Shown: one piece after another, positions 36,951-48,201 of the stretch
Layout: each line of letters starts with the position of its first letter
Numbering within the stretch: the first letter of the stretch is position 1
Source: Planctomycetota bacterium
GTDB taxonomy: Bacteria > Planctomycetota > UBA1135 > UBA2386
DNA length: 64,000 nt
Reading direction: 5' to 3'
Assembly (NCBI GenBank): GCA_046290465.1
Contig: JBKAGP010000001.1
Location: 4,320,001 to 4,384,000 of the forward strand
Program-made: the position numbers and the translations under genes
Notes under the pieces: generated by a model
Database searches by the model: none
Seen by the model: the letters and a program-made list of their open reading frames with translations, nothing else
Told to the model about the DNA's origin: nothing

Positions 36951-38414
36951 TCAGCGCGTCACTTCGATCGGCTCGGTCGGCACGCCTTCGTGCACGTCGA
37001 CGGCCTGCTGCACCTTGTCGACCTCGAGGATGTAGCCGCCCTCCAGCAGGTCGCCGAAGAAGAAGCGGCCGTTGGCGTCGGTCCAGGTGCGCCGTTCGGC
37101 GAGGTAGTGCGACAGGAAGCCGCCACCGTGGGCTGTGTTGGCGGGGGCGCCGCGGTGGTTGCCGAGCAGCTTGACGCGCTGCCCGGCGATCGGCAGGCCG
37201 CCGGCGTCGCGCAGCACGCCGTGCACGATGCGACGCGGCCGCAGCCGAACGTCCGGGACGGTCACCCGGTCGCCAGCCTTGGCACCGGCCATCGGGATCG
37301 CCGTCGTCAGGCGGCCGCAGCCATCGCGTCGCACCAGCAGCACCGGCTGCAGCACCGCGCGCACGTCGCCGATCGTGTAGCGGCCGTTGGCGTCGGTGCG
37401 GGTCGACAGCCAGTCGGTCTCCTGCATGCGTCCGTTGTGCGACATGCCCACGACGGCGACGTAGCAGTCGCTTGCGGGCGCGCCGTCCCGGTCGAGGATG
37501 CGGCCGGTCACGGTGACACCGCGCTCCATCTCGAGCTCGATCTCGACGACGCCGGTCTTCTGCTTCGGCCGTTGGACCTGCAGCTCGCAGTAACCGGGAC
37601 ACGACAAGAACAGGTTGTTGCCGAACGGGCCGCCGAGTCCCTTCATCACGAACCTGCCGTCGGCGTCGGTGAGCACCGGCTTGTCGAAGGTCCAGCCGAC
37701 GCCGAAGCGCGCGCCCCGGATCGGCTTGCCGGTGCTGGCGTCGACGACGCGCCCGCGCACCGTCGCGCCGCGATCGAGCGCGAACGTGACCTCGGTGGTC
37801 TCGCCGCTGACCAGCGCGACGCCCTGGCCGCCGTGCACCGCGGCGTGCGTCGACTCGGCGTCGACGTACCACGGACCCGGCATCAGCCGATCGAACCGGA
37901 ACGCGCCGTCCGCGCCGGCCTGGGCGTAGCGATGGCCCGAGCGCGGATCGGTCTTGGCCATCACCATGACGTGCTCGGCGGGGATCGGTGCGCCGGTGTC
38001 GTCGCGCACCACGCCTTCGACGATCGCGCCGTCGCGGAGCTGGATCGTCAGTTCGTCACCGGCATGCACCCCGGAGCGCCACTCGATCGCGAACGGCGGC
38101 ACGTCGACCAGCACGCGGTAGGGGATCGCGGCCGGCAGCTGGAAGCCGACGCTGCCGCTCTTCGGCGTCGGCAGGCGGCCGACGCGTTGGCGGTGTTCCT
38201 TCTCGTCCAGGTCCAGATTGGAGTAGCCGGCGTCGGCGCCGTCGTAGCGATACACCTCGACGAACGCACCGCGGCGCGGTTGGCCGTCGACGTCGAGCAC
38301 CGTGACGCGCAGCGGACCTGCCGGCAGTGCGTCCTGTGCGATGGCGGCAGCGCCGGCGACGAACGGGACGAGCAGCGCCGACAGGGCGCAACAACGGGCA
38401 GCAGCGTGGGGCAT
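36951..38414 (-). CDS. Exported CarboxypepD_reg repeat protein
   Basis: Signal peptide AIA-Q; repeated GxVxDxxGxPI..TDADGRF. Confidence 0.8.
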   Translation of the reverse strand: MPHAAARCCALSALLVPFVAGAAAIAQDALPAGPLRVTVLDVDGQPRRGAFVEVYRYDGADAGYSNLDLDEKEHRQRVGRLPTPKSGSVGFQLPAAIPYRVLVDVPPFAIEWRSGVHAGDELTIQLRDGAIVEGVVRDDTGAPIPAEHVMVMAKTDPRSGHRYAQAGADGAFRFDRLMPGPWYVDAESTHAAVHGGQGVALVSGETTEVTFALDRGATVRGRVVDASTGKPIRGARFGVGWTFDKPVLTDADGRFVMKGLGGPFGNNLFLSCPGYCELQVQRPKQKTGVVEIELEMERGVTVTGRILDRDGAPASDCYVAVVGMSHNGRMQETDWLSTRTDANGRYTIGDVRAVLQPVLLVRRDGCGRLTTAIPMAGAKAGDRVTVPDVRLRPRRIVHGVLRDAGGLPIAGQRVKLLGNHRGAPANTAHGGGFLSHYLAERRTWTDANGRFFFGDLLEGGYILEVDKVQQAVDVHEGVPTEPIEVTR

Positions 38415-38527
38415 CGCGAGTTCCCTTGGACGATCTCCGTGGCCCACCGAGGCATGGGCTGCTGCAGCGTAGCCGGACGCCGCGATGCGCGCCGGCACGG
38501 GCCGGGGGAATCGCCCGAACGCCGCGC

Positions 38528-40819
38528 TCAGCGCGACACCGTCTGCCGCTCGCCGGCGCGCAGCGTGACCAGGCGCACGATCGGATCCTCGTCGGGATCC
38601 TCCGAGCGGCGCAGCTCGAACTTCCACTGCGCCGGCTGCAGCGCGTTGAGCACCAGTTGCTCCTGGTCGGTGCCGTAGTTCCAGCTGCCGAACCACTCGT
38701 CGTCGAGGTCGGTGCGGTAGCTGGCGTGCAGGCTCCACGTGCCGTCGAAGCCGGCGGGCCGCGTCACCACGGCGGTGGCGCCGAGCGGCAGGCGCACGGT
38801 GGCCGTCGCCAGTCCGTTGGCCTCGGCAAACACCTCGCCGCGCCACGGCTGGATGCTGCCCGAGGCGTAGCGCTGCTGGATCTCGAGCTCGAGCTTGCCG
38901 GCCGGGACCTCCAGGCGGTGGCGGCCGTCGGCGCGGATCGACGCCGGCGCCGAGTCGGTCCGCTCGCGGTCGGCGACGCTGCGCCAGCGCACGAAGACCT
39001 CGCCGCGCCACGGCGCGCCGTTCTCGTCGAAGACCTGCAGCTCGAGCGTGGCCGTCGGCTGCGCGGATGGTTCGACCGCTGCCGTTCGCGGCAGGTCGAC
39101 GCGCACGCGCACGGTCTCACCGGCGCGGAACAGCGGCTTCGACCGCCATTCCGTCCAGGTCGTGCCATCGCCGGCCTCGCCGTAGAAGACGACCTCGCGG
39201 ATGTCGGCCACCGGGAACGACACGCACTCCGCGGTGAGGCCCCAGGTGACCTTGCCGTCGCCGCGGCCGACCCACTTGCCGAGATCGTGGCGCAGGCCGT
39301 TGGCCTGCACGGCTTCGAAGTGGAAGCGCGCTCGCGTGAGCCCGGCCAGCGGTCTGCCGTCGGCGTCGCGCACGGTCAGTTCGACGCCGAAGCCGGCGGC
39401 AGCCGTCCACAGCACGAACGAGCCGTTGGTGACGGCGGTGGTCGGTTGCTCGATGGTCCAGGCGGGGTCGCAGCTGCGCAGCCGGACCTTGCCGTCGGCG
39501 AGCCCGGTGAAGCGCACGTGGCCGCTCTCGTCGGTGCGCGCGCGGCACTGCTCGTAGCCGGACTCGGCGGGGCCGGCGTTGGCCTTGCGCGCCTTCAGTG
39601 CGGACTGCGTCGGGCTCATGTGCTCGATACCGGCCCCTTCGGTGTAGGCGATCAGCTCGAGGTCGGGCACGCCGCGGCCGGCGCCGTCGACGACGCGGCC
39701 GAAGACCTCGCCGCCTCGGCGCATCACGACGCGCAGCGGCTGCTCGGTCTCGGCCGGCTCGACGAGCACGAAGCTGCGTCGGAAGCCGTTGCGGCGCACG
39801 AGCAGCTCGCTCGCCGCTGGCGTGCGCGGCAGTTCGAACCTGCCGGCCGTGTCGCTGGTCGCGCTGGCGAACGGCGCTGGGCTGGCGCCGCCGTCGGCCG
39901 ACGTCGTCGAGCGCAACGCGAGCGATGCGCCGGCGACCGGCTGGTCCTGCTCGTCGACGACGAGGCCGAGCAGCTGGCGCGACGGCCCGGCGGGCTGCGG
40001 CGTCGGCGCCGGCACGAGCGTGCGTTCGTTGGTCGCGGCGGCGACCGGCGTGCGCGACCCTTCCCCGGCGGTGGTGGTCGGTCGTTCGAGGCGCGCCTCT
40101 TCGTTGCCGAGGCTGGGTTGGTCGTCGGACTGCGCCCACCACGTGAGCGTGGTCAGGAGCAGCGCGGCGAGCGCGACGACGGTGACGTTCTTGGCGTTCA
40201 TGATCGTGAGCAGGGTCAGGCCGGATGGAGCGGTGGTGGTGGGCGGTGGTGGCGTGGGTGGTGCGGGCAGTGTTGGTGCGGACAGGGTTGGTGCGGCCAG
40301 TGGCAGCAGCAGGGCGCGGCAGCGGCGCTCGTTGGTCACGTCGTTCTCGCTGCCGCCGAGGTCGCGGCGCAGCAGGTCGAGGCCGCGGCGGATGCGGTAG
40401 CGCACGGTGTCGTCGGGCTTGCCGGTGCGTCGCGCGATGGCCGCCACGTCGAGGCCTTCGAGGAAGCGCAGCAGCACCGCGGTGCGCATCGGTTCGGGCA
40501 GGCGGCTGGCGGCGCGGGCCAGCTGCTCTGCCAGCTCGGCCCGCGCGACCAGATCGGCCGGGTCGGCCTCGCTCCGGGGTGCGGTTGCTTCGGCCTCGCG
40601 GCGTTCGCGTCGTTGGCGATCGCGAAAGCGACGCGCGGCCAGGCGGCGCGCGATGCCGGCCAGCCAGGCGCGCATCGACGTCGGCTGCACGTCCGGTCGC
40701 CGCGTCGCGGCGAGCAGCGTGTCCTGCATCAGGTCGTCGGCCGCGTGCGGCTCGGCGACCAGCGCGCGCGCCAGGTGGCGCAGCCAGGTGAGGTCGGCTC
40801 GGTCGAGGTCCATGGGCAT
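38528..40819 (-). CDS. ECF sigma factor fused to TM helix and CarboxypepD_reg extracytoplasmic domains
   Basis: Region 2 [18 protein letters not shown]; region 4 [26 protein letters not shown]; Pro/Thr linker; TM segment; [14 protein letters not shown] and [11 protein letters not shown] repeats. Confidence 0.85.
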   Translation of the reverse strand: MPMDLDRADLTWLRHLARALVAEPHAADDLMQDTLLAATRRPDVQPTSMRAWLAGIARRLAARRFRDRQRRERREAEATAPRSEADPADLVARAELAEQLARAASRLPEPMRTAVLLRFLEGLDVAAIARRTGKPDDTVRYRIRRGLDLLRRDLGGSENDVTNERRCRALLLPLAAPTLSAPTLPAPPTPPPPTTTAPSGLTLLTIMNAKNVTVVALAALLLTTLTWWAQSDDQPSLGNEEARLERPTTTAGEGSRTPVAAATNERTLVPAPTPQPAGPSRQLLGLVVDEQDQPVAGASLALRSTTSADGGASPAPFASATSDTAGRFELPRTPAASELLVRRNGFRRSFVLVEPAETEQPLRVVMRRGGEVFGRVVDGAGRGVPDLELIAYTEGAGIEHMSPTQSALKARKANAGPAESGYEQCRARTDESGHVRFTGLADGKVRLRSCDPAWTIEQPTTAVTNGSFVLWTAAAGFGVELTVRDADGRPLAGLTRARFHFEAVQANGLRHDLGKWVGRGDGKVTWGLTAECVSFPVADIREVVFYGEAGDGTTWTEWRSKPLFRAGETVRVRVDLPRTAAVEPSAQPTATLELQVFDENGAPWRGEVFVRWRSVADRERTDSAPASIRADGRHRLEVPAGKLELEIQQRYASGSIQPWRGEVFAEANGLATATVRLPLGATAVVTRPAGFDGTWSLHASYRTDLDDEWFGSWNYGTDQEQLVLNALQPAQWKFELRRSEDPDEDPIVRLVTLRAGERQTVSR

Positions 40820-41007
40820 GGGTTCGACGGAAGGGTTCCCGCGGGTGCTGGTCACGCGAGCCAGTGCGCCGAAAAATCGGTCGTGCTCGGGTTGCTGCCG
40901 CGCCGCCCGATGCGCCTCAACGGGGCGCGATCGGTCGATGCGGACCAACCTGCGCCTCGCGGTGCCACCCTTGCGACGGCACCGACAGCCAACGGATCAG
41001 CTCCGGT

Positions 41008-41793
41008 TCACCTCGCGAGTTCGCCGGGCTCGGGCTTCCACCAGGCGCCGTCGGGCGCGTCGGCGAGCACCGACCGGTCCGGCTCGTCGCCGACGTCGCC
41101 GCGTTCGATCGTGGGCGGCGGCTGCTCCGGCTCGGCTTCGACTGCCGCCGGCAGGTCGACGAACACCAGCAGGCCCGGGCGCATCGTCGGCGCGTGCGAC
41201 GACCAGTCACCGACGAACGTCGCGACCAGCGCCGGGTTGGCCGCGACGCTGCGCATCGCGTCGCGCCAGACGATCACCCGCTTCGGCGTCTCGTCGCTCA
41301 TCTGGGCCAGCAGCGACAGCGTGCGCGCGCGTGGCTCCTCGGGGTACTTCATCGGCGACGTGTGTTGCTGCAGCTGCTCGGCGAGGTCGCGCCAGCCGGT
41401 GATCGCGCCGCCGTCGATCGTCACGCGCTGGTAGCCCTCGGCGGCGAGCAACCGGTCGAGGACCTCGTCCTCGGGCAGCGGCCGGCAGGTCACCGGGTGC
41501 GCCTCGAACCACGGGATCGTCTGCTGCAGCCGGCGGATCGAGTGCAGCATGCGCGCGCGCCCGGCGGGCCGCGACAGCGTCACCGCGAGCGCGACGAACA
41601 GCAGGGACATCGTGATCGCCAGGCCGAACGGGCCGAAGCCGTGGCCGGACTGCCCGAACATCATCATCGCGAACACGAACCACAGGAAGTTCTGCTGCCC
41701 GGCCATCTCGTACGGGCTGCCGAGCTTGCGGGTCATGCCGCTCAGGTACGGCTTCTTCGGTGGCGTTGGTTCTGCTCGTGGTGTGTCGGACAC
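41008..41793 (-). CDS. Hypothetical membrane protein with possible barstar-like C-terminal domain
   Basis: GTG start after AGGAGG; two TM segments; [21 protein letters not shown]. Confidence 0.55.
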   Translation of the reverse strand: MSDTPRAEPTPPKKPYLSGMTRKLGSPYEMAGQQNFLWFVFAMMMFGQSGHGFGPFGLAITMSLLFVALAVTLSRPAGRARMLHSIRRLQQTIPWFEAHPVTCRPLPEDEVLDRLLAAEGYQRVTIDGGAITGWRDLAEQLQQHTSPMKYPEEPRARTLSLLAQMSDETPKRVIVWRDAMRSVAANPALVATFVGDWSSHAPTMRPGLLVFVDLPAAVEAEPEQPPPTIERGDVGDEPDRSVLADAPDGAWWKPEPGELAR

Positions 41794-41843
41794 GTGGACC
41801 TCCTGCTGCGGCGACCGGCCGGTATTCCGATGGTAACCGCGTC

Positions 41844-41892
41844 GCGGGGCCTGCGGCAGCGGGGGCCCTGCGGCAGCGGGGGCCCTGCGGCA
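41844..41892. repeat. Three tandem copies of a 17-bp unit GCGGGGGCCCTGCGGCA
   Basis: Exact copies at 41859-41875 and 41876-41892, and a 2-nt-shorter copy at 41844-41858, in a divergent intergenic region. Confidence 0.8.
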
Positions 41893-41910
41893 AGATGGGG
41901 GCGCCACCCG

Positions 41911-42474
41911 ATGCCCGAAGAGATCTACGTCAGTACCGACATCGAAGCCGACGGCCCGATCCCCGGACCGCATTCGATGCTCAGCCTCGCGTCCGTCGCC
42001 CTGCGCGCGGACAAGACCGTCGTCGACGAGTTCACCGTCAACCTGCAGCCGCTGCCCGACGCCGCGCCGCATCCGCGCACGATGCTGTGGTGGGAGGGGC
42101 ACAAGGAGGCGCTCGCCAAGGCGCGCGAGAACCCAGAGGACCCGAGCGAGGCGATCCCGCGCTACGCGAAGTGGGTGCAGAAGCTGCCGGGCCGGGTCGT
42201 GCTGGTCGGCCAGCCGGCCGGGTTCGACTTCATGTGGGTGTATTGGTACCTGCAGCGGTTCACCGACGGTTCGGTGTTCGGGCACTCGGCGCTCGACATC
42301 AAGTCGTACGCGATGGCGATGGTCAAACGGCCGTATCGCGACTGCGTGCGCGACGCGCTGCCGAAGGAGTGGCGGGACGATCTTCCCTACACGCACGTCG
42401 CACTCGACGACGCGCGCGAACAGGGTGCTATGTTCTGCAACATGCTGCGCGCGAACGGAGTGGTCGAAGGATGA
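41911..42474 (+). CDS. DEDDh 3'-5' exoribonuclease (RNase AS-like)
   Basis: [30 protein letters not shown]. Confidence 0.85.
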   Translation: MPEEIYVSTDIEADGPIPGPHSMLSLASVALRADKTVVDEFTVNLQPLPDAAPHPRTMLWWEGHKEALAKARENPEDPSEAIPRYAKWVQKLPGRVVLVGQPAGFDFMWVYWYLQRFTDGSVFGHSALDIKSYAMAMVKRPYRDCVRDALPKEWRDDLPYTHVALDDAREQGAMFCNMLRANGVVEG

Positions 42475-42485
42475 TGCGAGCTTCG

Positions 42486-43670
42486 ATGCCCAAGGGCCTC
42501 TGCCGGGCCCGTCTGCTGGCGGCGATGGCCGCCTCGTCCTGGGCCCTGTTGGCGGCCGGTGTGGGCTCGGGTGGCCTGCGCGCGCAGAGCACGTGGCAGA
42601 TGGAGGGCGGACGCATGCATGCGCGCGTCGACGGCGCCGCGGGTGCGCAGCTGGCGCCCAGTGCGGTCACGTCGCTCGGCGACGCGGCGCTCGCGGATGG
42701 GGCCTTCTCCGTGCACTTCCCGACCAACGCCGCTGGCAAGCCGCGTTCGCTGAGCCTCGATGTGCCCAAGGGCGCGTCGGTGGTCGTCGGCGTGCAGGCT
42801 GCGGGGCCGGCCGAGCGGCGGCCAGTCGACGTGCACGGCGCTGGCGCGTTCGAGGACACGCTGTCGACGCCGCGCAGCGAGACGCCGATCCACCTGCGAA
42901 CCGTCGGCGAGTCGGCGGCGGACCTGCGCGACTACCGGCTGTCGGCGCGGGTGCGGCCCGGCAAGGGCTGCGAGATGTTCGCGCTTGTCGGCCGCCACAC
43001 CAGCCAGGGCGGTTGCTACCTGTTTGCGATCGACTGGAGCGCCCGCAAGGTGCGCCTCGAACGCTTCCTGGGTGGCGACCACTTCGTCGTGCGCCAGGCC
43101 GACCTGCCGGTCGTCGACCGCGAAGTCACCCTGACCCTGCAGGTGCACGGCTTCCGGATCGAAGGCCTGGTCGACGATGCGCCGATGGTGCGTTCGTTCG
43201 ACGGCGCGATCAGCGCCGGCGCCCCCGGGATCGCCTGGTCGGGCGAACGGCCGGACCACGACGAGGTCTGGCTCGAGCAGCCGGCCGAGCCGCTCGGCAG
43301 CGCCGCCGTGGTGCAGAACGGGCGCGCGGCCTCGCTGCACGCCGCCGTCGCCGAGCCGCCCGGCAGCCTGGCCGTCGTCGAGCTGCTGCTCGATCGGCCG
43401 CACCGCTGGATCCCGCGCGGCCCCGACGGCTTCGAGCCGTGGCTGCGGCAGCCGCTCGCGGCCCCCGTGATCGCCTGGGGCGACTGGCGCCATTCCCTGG
43501 GAAGCAACACGATCAGCGAAGTCGACTACGACGGCAACGTGCGCGTCGAACTGCGCTGGCCGGACCTTCCCGCGCTGCGCCTGCACGCGGCGCTGGTCCG
43601 CGTGCGCATCGCGACGCCGGACGGCGGGCCGATCGTCGGCTCGTCGCCGCCGGTGCGGATCGTGTTCTAG
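42486..43670 (+). CDS. Exported jelly-roll-like protein with divergent shared C-terminal domain
   Basis: Signal peptide LRA-Q; DYRLSARVR..YLFAI..GAPGI; ends LRWPDLPALR..GSSPPVRIVF. Confidence 0.65.
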   Translation: MPKGLCRARLLAAMAASSWALLAAGVGSGGLRAQSTWQMEGGRMHARVDGAAGAQLAPSAVTSLGDAALADGAFSVHFPTNAAGKPRSLSLDVPKGASVVVGVQAAGPAERRPVDVHGAGAFEDTLSTPRSETPIHLRTVGESAADLRDYRLSARVRPGKGCEMFALVGRHTSQGGCYLFAIDWSARKVRLERFLGGDHFVVRQADLPVVDREVTLTLQVHGFRIEGLVDDAPMVRSFDGAISAGAPGIAWSGERPDHDEVWLEQPAEPLGSAAVVQNGRAASLHAAVAEPPGSLAVVELLLDRPHRWIPRGPDGFEPWLRQPLAAPVIAWGDWRHSLGSNTISEVDYDGNVRVELRWPDLPALRLHAALVRVRIATPDGGPIVGSSPPVRIVF

Positions 43671-43773
43671 TCGGGATCCAGCTCGAGCGCGGCGCGGCTC
43701 TTGGCGCGTGACCCGGCAGGACCCGGAACGGATCGACCCCTCGCGCACGCGGCAGGCCGGCTACCATGGCGCC

Positions 43774-46437
43774 ATGAAGAAGGTCGTGCTCGGGGCCCTC
43801 GTCTTGGTTGCGACGGTCGCCTGCTGGTTCTGGTGGCACCGCGTCGCAGCGACACCGGCCGTCCCGCAACAAGGCAACCAGGCCGACAGCGCGGCGTCCT
43901 CGCAGCGCGCCCCGGCCACGGATGCACCTGACGGCGCGGACGCGGCGGACACGGCCGCGCAGCCGGAGGCCCGCCGCGAGGCCGTGCACACCACCGCGCC
44001 GGCCGACCACACCTGGGTCGTGCGCGGCCGCGTCATGAAGCGTCGCGGCGAACGCTATCCTGGGGCGCGCGTGCGGCTCGCCTGCTTCACCGGCCAGGGG
44101 ACCGACGGCGAGGCGCTGCACGAGGGCTTGCTGACCGCGGACCAGGACGGCGCGTTCGCGTGGACGCTGCCGCGGCCCGTCGGCACCGTCACGATTCGCA
44201 GCGAGGGCGCGATGCCCCAACACACCGAAAGCGTCGAGAGCCTGCTGGTGCCAGCCGGCGATGCGGCGCCGCAAGACGTCGAGGTCTGGATGACGCCGCT
44301 CGATTGCACGGTGACCGGCATCGTGCTCGACGAGCAGCGTCGCCCGGTGCCGGACGCGTGGGTCGGCTCGGTGCGCAACAAGCGCCCGGTCGCTGCCGAC
44401 GGCTCGTTCTCCCTGCAGGTCGCGAACGCGTACGGCAGCACGCGCGTCGAGGCCGGCGCACCGGGCCACGCCAACGCCCGCCAGACGATCGTGCTCGACG
44501 ACGACACCGATCCCGTCGTCGAGTTCTTGCTGCAGCCCGGCTTCCCGATCCGGGGCCGCGTCGTCGACGAGTCCGGCGCGGGGGTCGAAGGCGCGCAGGT
44601 CGCGACGTTCTTCACGATGTACGATCCCGTCACGAGCGGCGCCGACGGCCACTTCGAACTCACGCACGCGGACGCAGCGCGCGGCTCGCACTCGCTGTTC
44701 GCCCGCAAGGATGGCTACGTCGAGGCGAAGGAGCAGGTCGACGGCAAGCAGCCGCGGGGCGAATACGTGCTCCGGCTGACGCGTGGGTGCCGCGTGCATG
44801 GCCGTGTGTTCGGGCCGGACGGCAGTCCGGTCTCCTGTGCGGGGCTCTACATCGGCTTCAGTCCCAATGCCTACGACCGGCTTGACGCGGTCACCCTGGA
44901 CGACGGCTCGTTCGAGTTTGCGGCGGTCGCGCCGGGCTCGCGCACGTTGGTCACCGCGCGCAAGGGGCTCGCGCCGGACACTCGCGTGATCGAAGTGCCC
45001 GTTGAGGGCGACGACCTGCGCGTCGACGTGCAGCTCCTCCCGGGCCACTTCGTCAGCGGCGTCGTCGTCGACACCGCCGGCGACGGCATCGCGGGCATCA
45101 TGGTGTCGGCGCGGCAGGTGCGCCCCGAGGGCGCGCAGCACCGCCGACAACGGGGCGAGTACCTCGACGTGCGCGCCACGACCGGGCCCGACGGCACGTT
45201 CCGGCTCGACGGCCTGCCCGCCGGGGTCGTCATCCTCGAGACCTACGGCAGCAACGTGATACGCAAGGAGGTGCCCGACATCGCCGTCGACCGCGGCGAT
45301 GTGCGTATCGTCGTCGAACGCGCCGCGAAGCTCGCCGGCCGAGTCGTCGACGACGCGACCGGGGAGCCCGTGCGCCAGTTCCGCGTGCACCTGTTCCGCC
45401 CCGAGCTTGCGGAGGGCGAGGCGTCGATCGGCGGCTACAGCGCGACCTGGGTGCGCGAAGGTCACGAGTTCCGCACCACCGACGGCGTCTTCCGGACCGA
45501 GAACGAACAGTTCGCCGTCGGCGCCGTGGCTGGCGTCGTGGTCTCCGCCCCCGGCTACGCGCAGACGCGCCACGAGCGCTGCATCGCCGCCCACGATCCG
45601 GCCCCCGACGACTGCCTGGTGCGGCTGGTGCGCGGCGGCACGATCCGCGGCACCATCGTCGCCGACGCGGACGGCGAACCGATCGCGGGCGCCCGCGTCC
45701 TGCACTTTGCGGCCGAGCAGCCGCCGTCGTCGTTCGACCGCGAGAACGGCGCGCGCATCCGCGCGACGAGCGCCGCCGACGGCACCTTCGTCCTGGAGGA
45801 CCTGCCGCCCGGCCCGGCGGCGCTGCTGGTCGAGGTCGAGGGGCTGCCTGCCCACCGCGAGGCCCCGTTGACGATCGCGGTCGGCAGCACGGTCGAGCAC
45901 ACCGTGCGCGTGCCCGCGGGCGCCGGCCTGTCCGGCGTCGTGCTCGACCTCGACCGACGACCGCTCGCCGGCGCCGACGTCACCGTGACGTGCGGCGACA
46001 GCAGCGCCGAGGCGACCACCGACGACCACGGTCGCTTCCGCACCGAGTCGATCCTGTCGCCGGGCGAGTGCGACGTCGTCGTCCGCAGCGCGCGCGGCAA
46101 GGTCGCGTTTGCGATCCGCGGTCGGGCGTCGCTGCTGGCGGGCCAGACCGCCGACATCGAGCTCGCGCCGACCGGGCGCGGCCTGCTCCGCATCACCGTG
46201 GACGGAGCACCGGCCGAAGGTGCCGTGAAGCTGAGCGCCACGCTCGTGTCCAAGGAGCTCGGCTTCCCGCGCTATGCGGCGGTGAGCACGGGCAATACGT
46301 GCGAACTACGCGGGCTGCCGGCGGGCGAGTATCGCGTGTTCGCGTCCGCCGACCGTTCGTTCGGCCAGGCGACGTGCACGCTCGGGGATGCGGCCGCGGT
46401 GGATGTGACGGTCACAGTGCGCACGTTCGGCCGGTAG
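43774..46437 (+). CDS. Membrane-anchored CarboxypepD_reg repeat protein
   Basis: N-terminal TM segment; many GRVVDxxGxxVxGA..xDGxF repeats. Confidence 0.82.
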   Translation: MKKVVLGALVLVATVACWFWWHRVAATPAVPQQGNQADSAASSQRAPATDAPDGADAADTAAQPEARREAVHTTAPADHTWVVRGRVMKRRGERYPGARVRLACFTGQGTDGEALHEGLLTADQDGAFAWTLPRPVGTVTIRSEGAMPQHTESVESLLVPAGDAAPQDVEVWMTPLDCTVTGIVLDEQRRPVPDAWVGSVRNKRPVAADGSFSLQVANAYGSTRVEAGAPGHANARQTIVLDDDTDPVVEFLLQPGFPIRGRVVDESGAGVEGAQVATFFTMYDPVTSGADGHFELTHADAARGSHSLFARKDGYVEAKEQVDGKQPRGEYVLRLTRGCRVHGRVFGPDGSPVSCAGLYIGFSPNAYDRLDAVTLDDGSFEFAAVAPGSRTLVTARKGLAPDTRVIEVPVEGDDLRVDVQLLPGHFVSGVVVDTAGDGIAGIMVSARQVRPEGAQHRRQRGEYLDVRATTGPDGTFRLDGLPAGVVILETYGSNVIRKEVPDIAVDRGDVRIVVERAAKLAGRVVDDATGEPVRQFRVHLFRPELAEGEASIGGYSATWVREGHEFRTTDGVFRTENEQFAVGAVAGVVVSAPGYAQTRHERCIAAHDPAPDDCLVRLVRGGTIRGTIVADADGEPIAGARVLHFAAEQPPSSFDRENGARIRATSAADGTFVLEDLPPGPAALLVEVEGLPAHREAPLTIAVGSTVEHTVRVPAGAGLSGVVLDLDRRPLAGADVTVTCGDSSAEATTDDHGRFRTESILSPGECDVVVRSARGKVAFAIRGRASLLAGQTADIELAPTGRGLLRITVDGAPAEGAVKLSATLVSKELGFPRYAAVSTGNTCELRGLPAGEYRVFASADRSFGQATCTLGDAAAVDVTVTVRTFGR

Positions 46438-46488
46438 GCGGCCCCCTCGGCGACGGCGCCGCCGACGGAGATCGGGGAGTTGGCCGTG

Positions 46489-47856
46489 CTAACGGACCAC
46501 CGTCTCGAGACCATTCGAGAACGCGGCGCCGAGTGCGTTCGCACCTGGATCGAGCACGACACCCTGCCATGTCAGCGTGCCAAGGCTGGACAGTGGTGGC
46601 ACGACGAAGCTCCACGCCGCGACACCGCTGACATGGACTCCGATCGCCACCGAGAACCCCGGGTCCAGCAGCAGTTCGCAGCCGGGCGCTCCGAATGCGG
46701 TCAGGTCGACCGGGGTCGTAGCACGGTTCCCCAGCAGCAGGAACGGGGTGGTCGGAGGCAGTCCGCTCAAGCGGAGGTCGTAGAACTCGCCGCGCCACGC
46801 AGGGCGGAGAGCCGACAGCACGGGAGTGCCGCGACTGGACGAGCACCCGCTGCCGAATGCTGTGTTTCCGGGCGGGTCAGACTCGCCGAAGACCCACGTG
46901 TCTTGCATGGCGGAGAGGTTGTTGTAGCCCCCGAACATGAACAGGCGACCCAGTGCGTCGCGCACGACCGAGCCGGCGCTGAAGCGCGCCGGCGGTGTCG
47001 TGCTCGTGGGGATGATCTGCCACCCGCTCGGCGTCAGCTCCCACGTGTCCGCGTACGGCGTTGGGTCCCCGTAGCCTCCGAACAGGATGCAGCGCCCGAG
47101 GTCGGGAACGAACTGGAACACCGGGGTTGCGCGTGGCGGCCCATAGGTGCCGACGGACAGCTGGGTCCAGCCCACTCCGTCGAAGCTCCAAGTGTCGTTG
47201 TAGAAGACGCGGACTGGAGTCGTGCTGTGTCCTCCAACCAGCAGGAGTTCGGCTCGCACGGGGTCGTAGGCCATTCTGCCTTGCGAACGCGGACCGATCG
47301 GTGTCGTGGTTGCGAGCAGGACCCACTGGGTGCCGTCCCAGTTCCAGAAGTCCGCCAAGAAGGTGGAGCTGGGCGGTGTGAATTGCCCTCCAAGCATCAA
47401 TACGCCTGGCGTTGCCGGTGTCGTGCCAATGCACGGTAGGAATCGTGGCGATGGGACCGGAGACGCCTGCGTGTGCTGTGACCAGTTCACGCCATCCCAG
47501 ATCCAGGTGTCGTTCAAGGTGTTGCCATCGGTACCACCGAACAGCACGACGTTTTGGGATACCGGGTCCCAGAAGAGCGCGTGCGCGTGGCGAGGCGTGG
47601 GCGATGTCGCGGGGAAGCGCTGCACCCAATTGAATCCGTCGTATTCCCAGGTGTCGGAGAGGTCGCCGCTGTCTCCGAGCCCTCCGAACATGACGACGCG
47701 GTCACGGATCGGATCATAGGCAAGTTCGGATGCGTAGCGTCCAGCCGGAGCCGTCAGGGGGACCCGGGGTAGCCATTCCCGGTTCTGGCTGGAGGCCGTG
47801 GATGTGGCGAAGGCGCAGGCGGCCATACCTAGGAGAAATGTGTAGGGCGTTCCCAT
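46489..47856 (-). CDS. Exported Kelch-repeat protein with shared C-terminal domain
   Basis: Repeats of AYDPxR..FGG..DTWxWDG..W; FGSGC..GAPGCELL..SNGLETVVR. Confidence 0.88.
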   Translation of the reverse strand: MGTPYTFLLGMAACAFATSTASSQNREWLPRVPLTAPAGRYASELAYDPIRDRVVMFGGLGDSGDLSDTWEYDGFNWVQRFPATSPTPRHAHALFWDPVSQNVVLFGGTDGNTLNDTWIWDGVNWSQHTQASPVPSPRFLPCIGTTPATPGVLMLGGQFTPPSSTFLADFWNWDGTQWVLLATTTPIGPRSQGRMAYDPVRAELLLVGGHSTTPVRVFYNDTWSFDGVGWTQLSVGTYGPPRATPVFQFVPDLGRCILFGGYGDPTPYADTWELTPSGWQIIPTSTTPPARFSAGSVVRDALGRLFMFGGYNNLSAMQDTWVFGESDPPGNTAFGSGCSSSRGTPVLSALRPAWRGEFYDLRLSGLPPTTPFLLLGNRATTPVDLTAFGAPGCELLLDPGFSVAIGVHVSGVAAWSFVVPPLSSLGTLTWQGVVLDPGANALGAAFSNGLETVVR

Positions 47857-48201
47857 GCGCACTATTCTATGGATGAAGTCGTGATGTCCGGGCGACGTAA
47901 TACGAATGCGGTTCCCCATGCGGTGGCTCGGCGCTGGCGCGCCACAGGGGCTCCGTGACGGAGCTTGCTGCTTGCCTCTCGTGCACCATGCGCCAGCTCG
48001 TCGCCCGGCGGCCGCCGTCATGTCGAACCTGGCAGGGTCGCTCCTCGCGCAAGGGCCTGTTGGTCGGTCTCGCGAACTGCCCGCGCCAGACCCGTGTCAG
48101 CCGCCGATGGCGGCAGGCCAACCTTCGAGCGTCCCTGGCGGCTACCTGAAAAAGTGTGCGTTACCGCTCACTTTCCACGGGACTACAGTGCGCCAGTCGT
48201 C

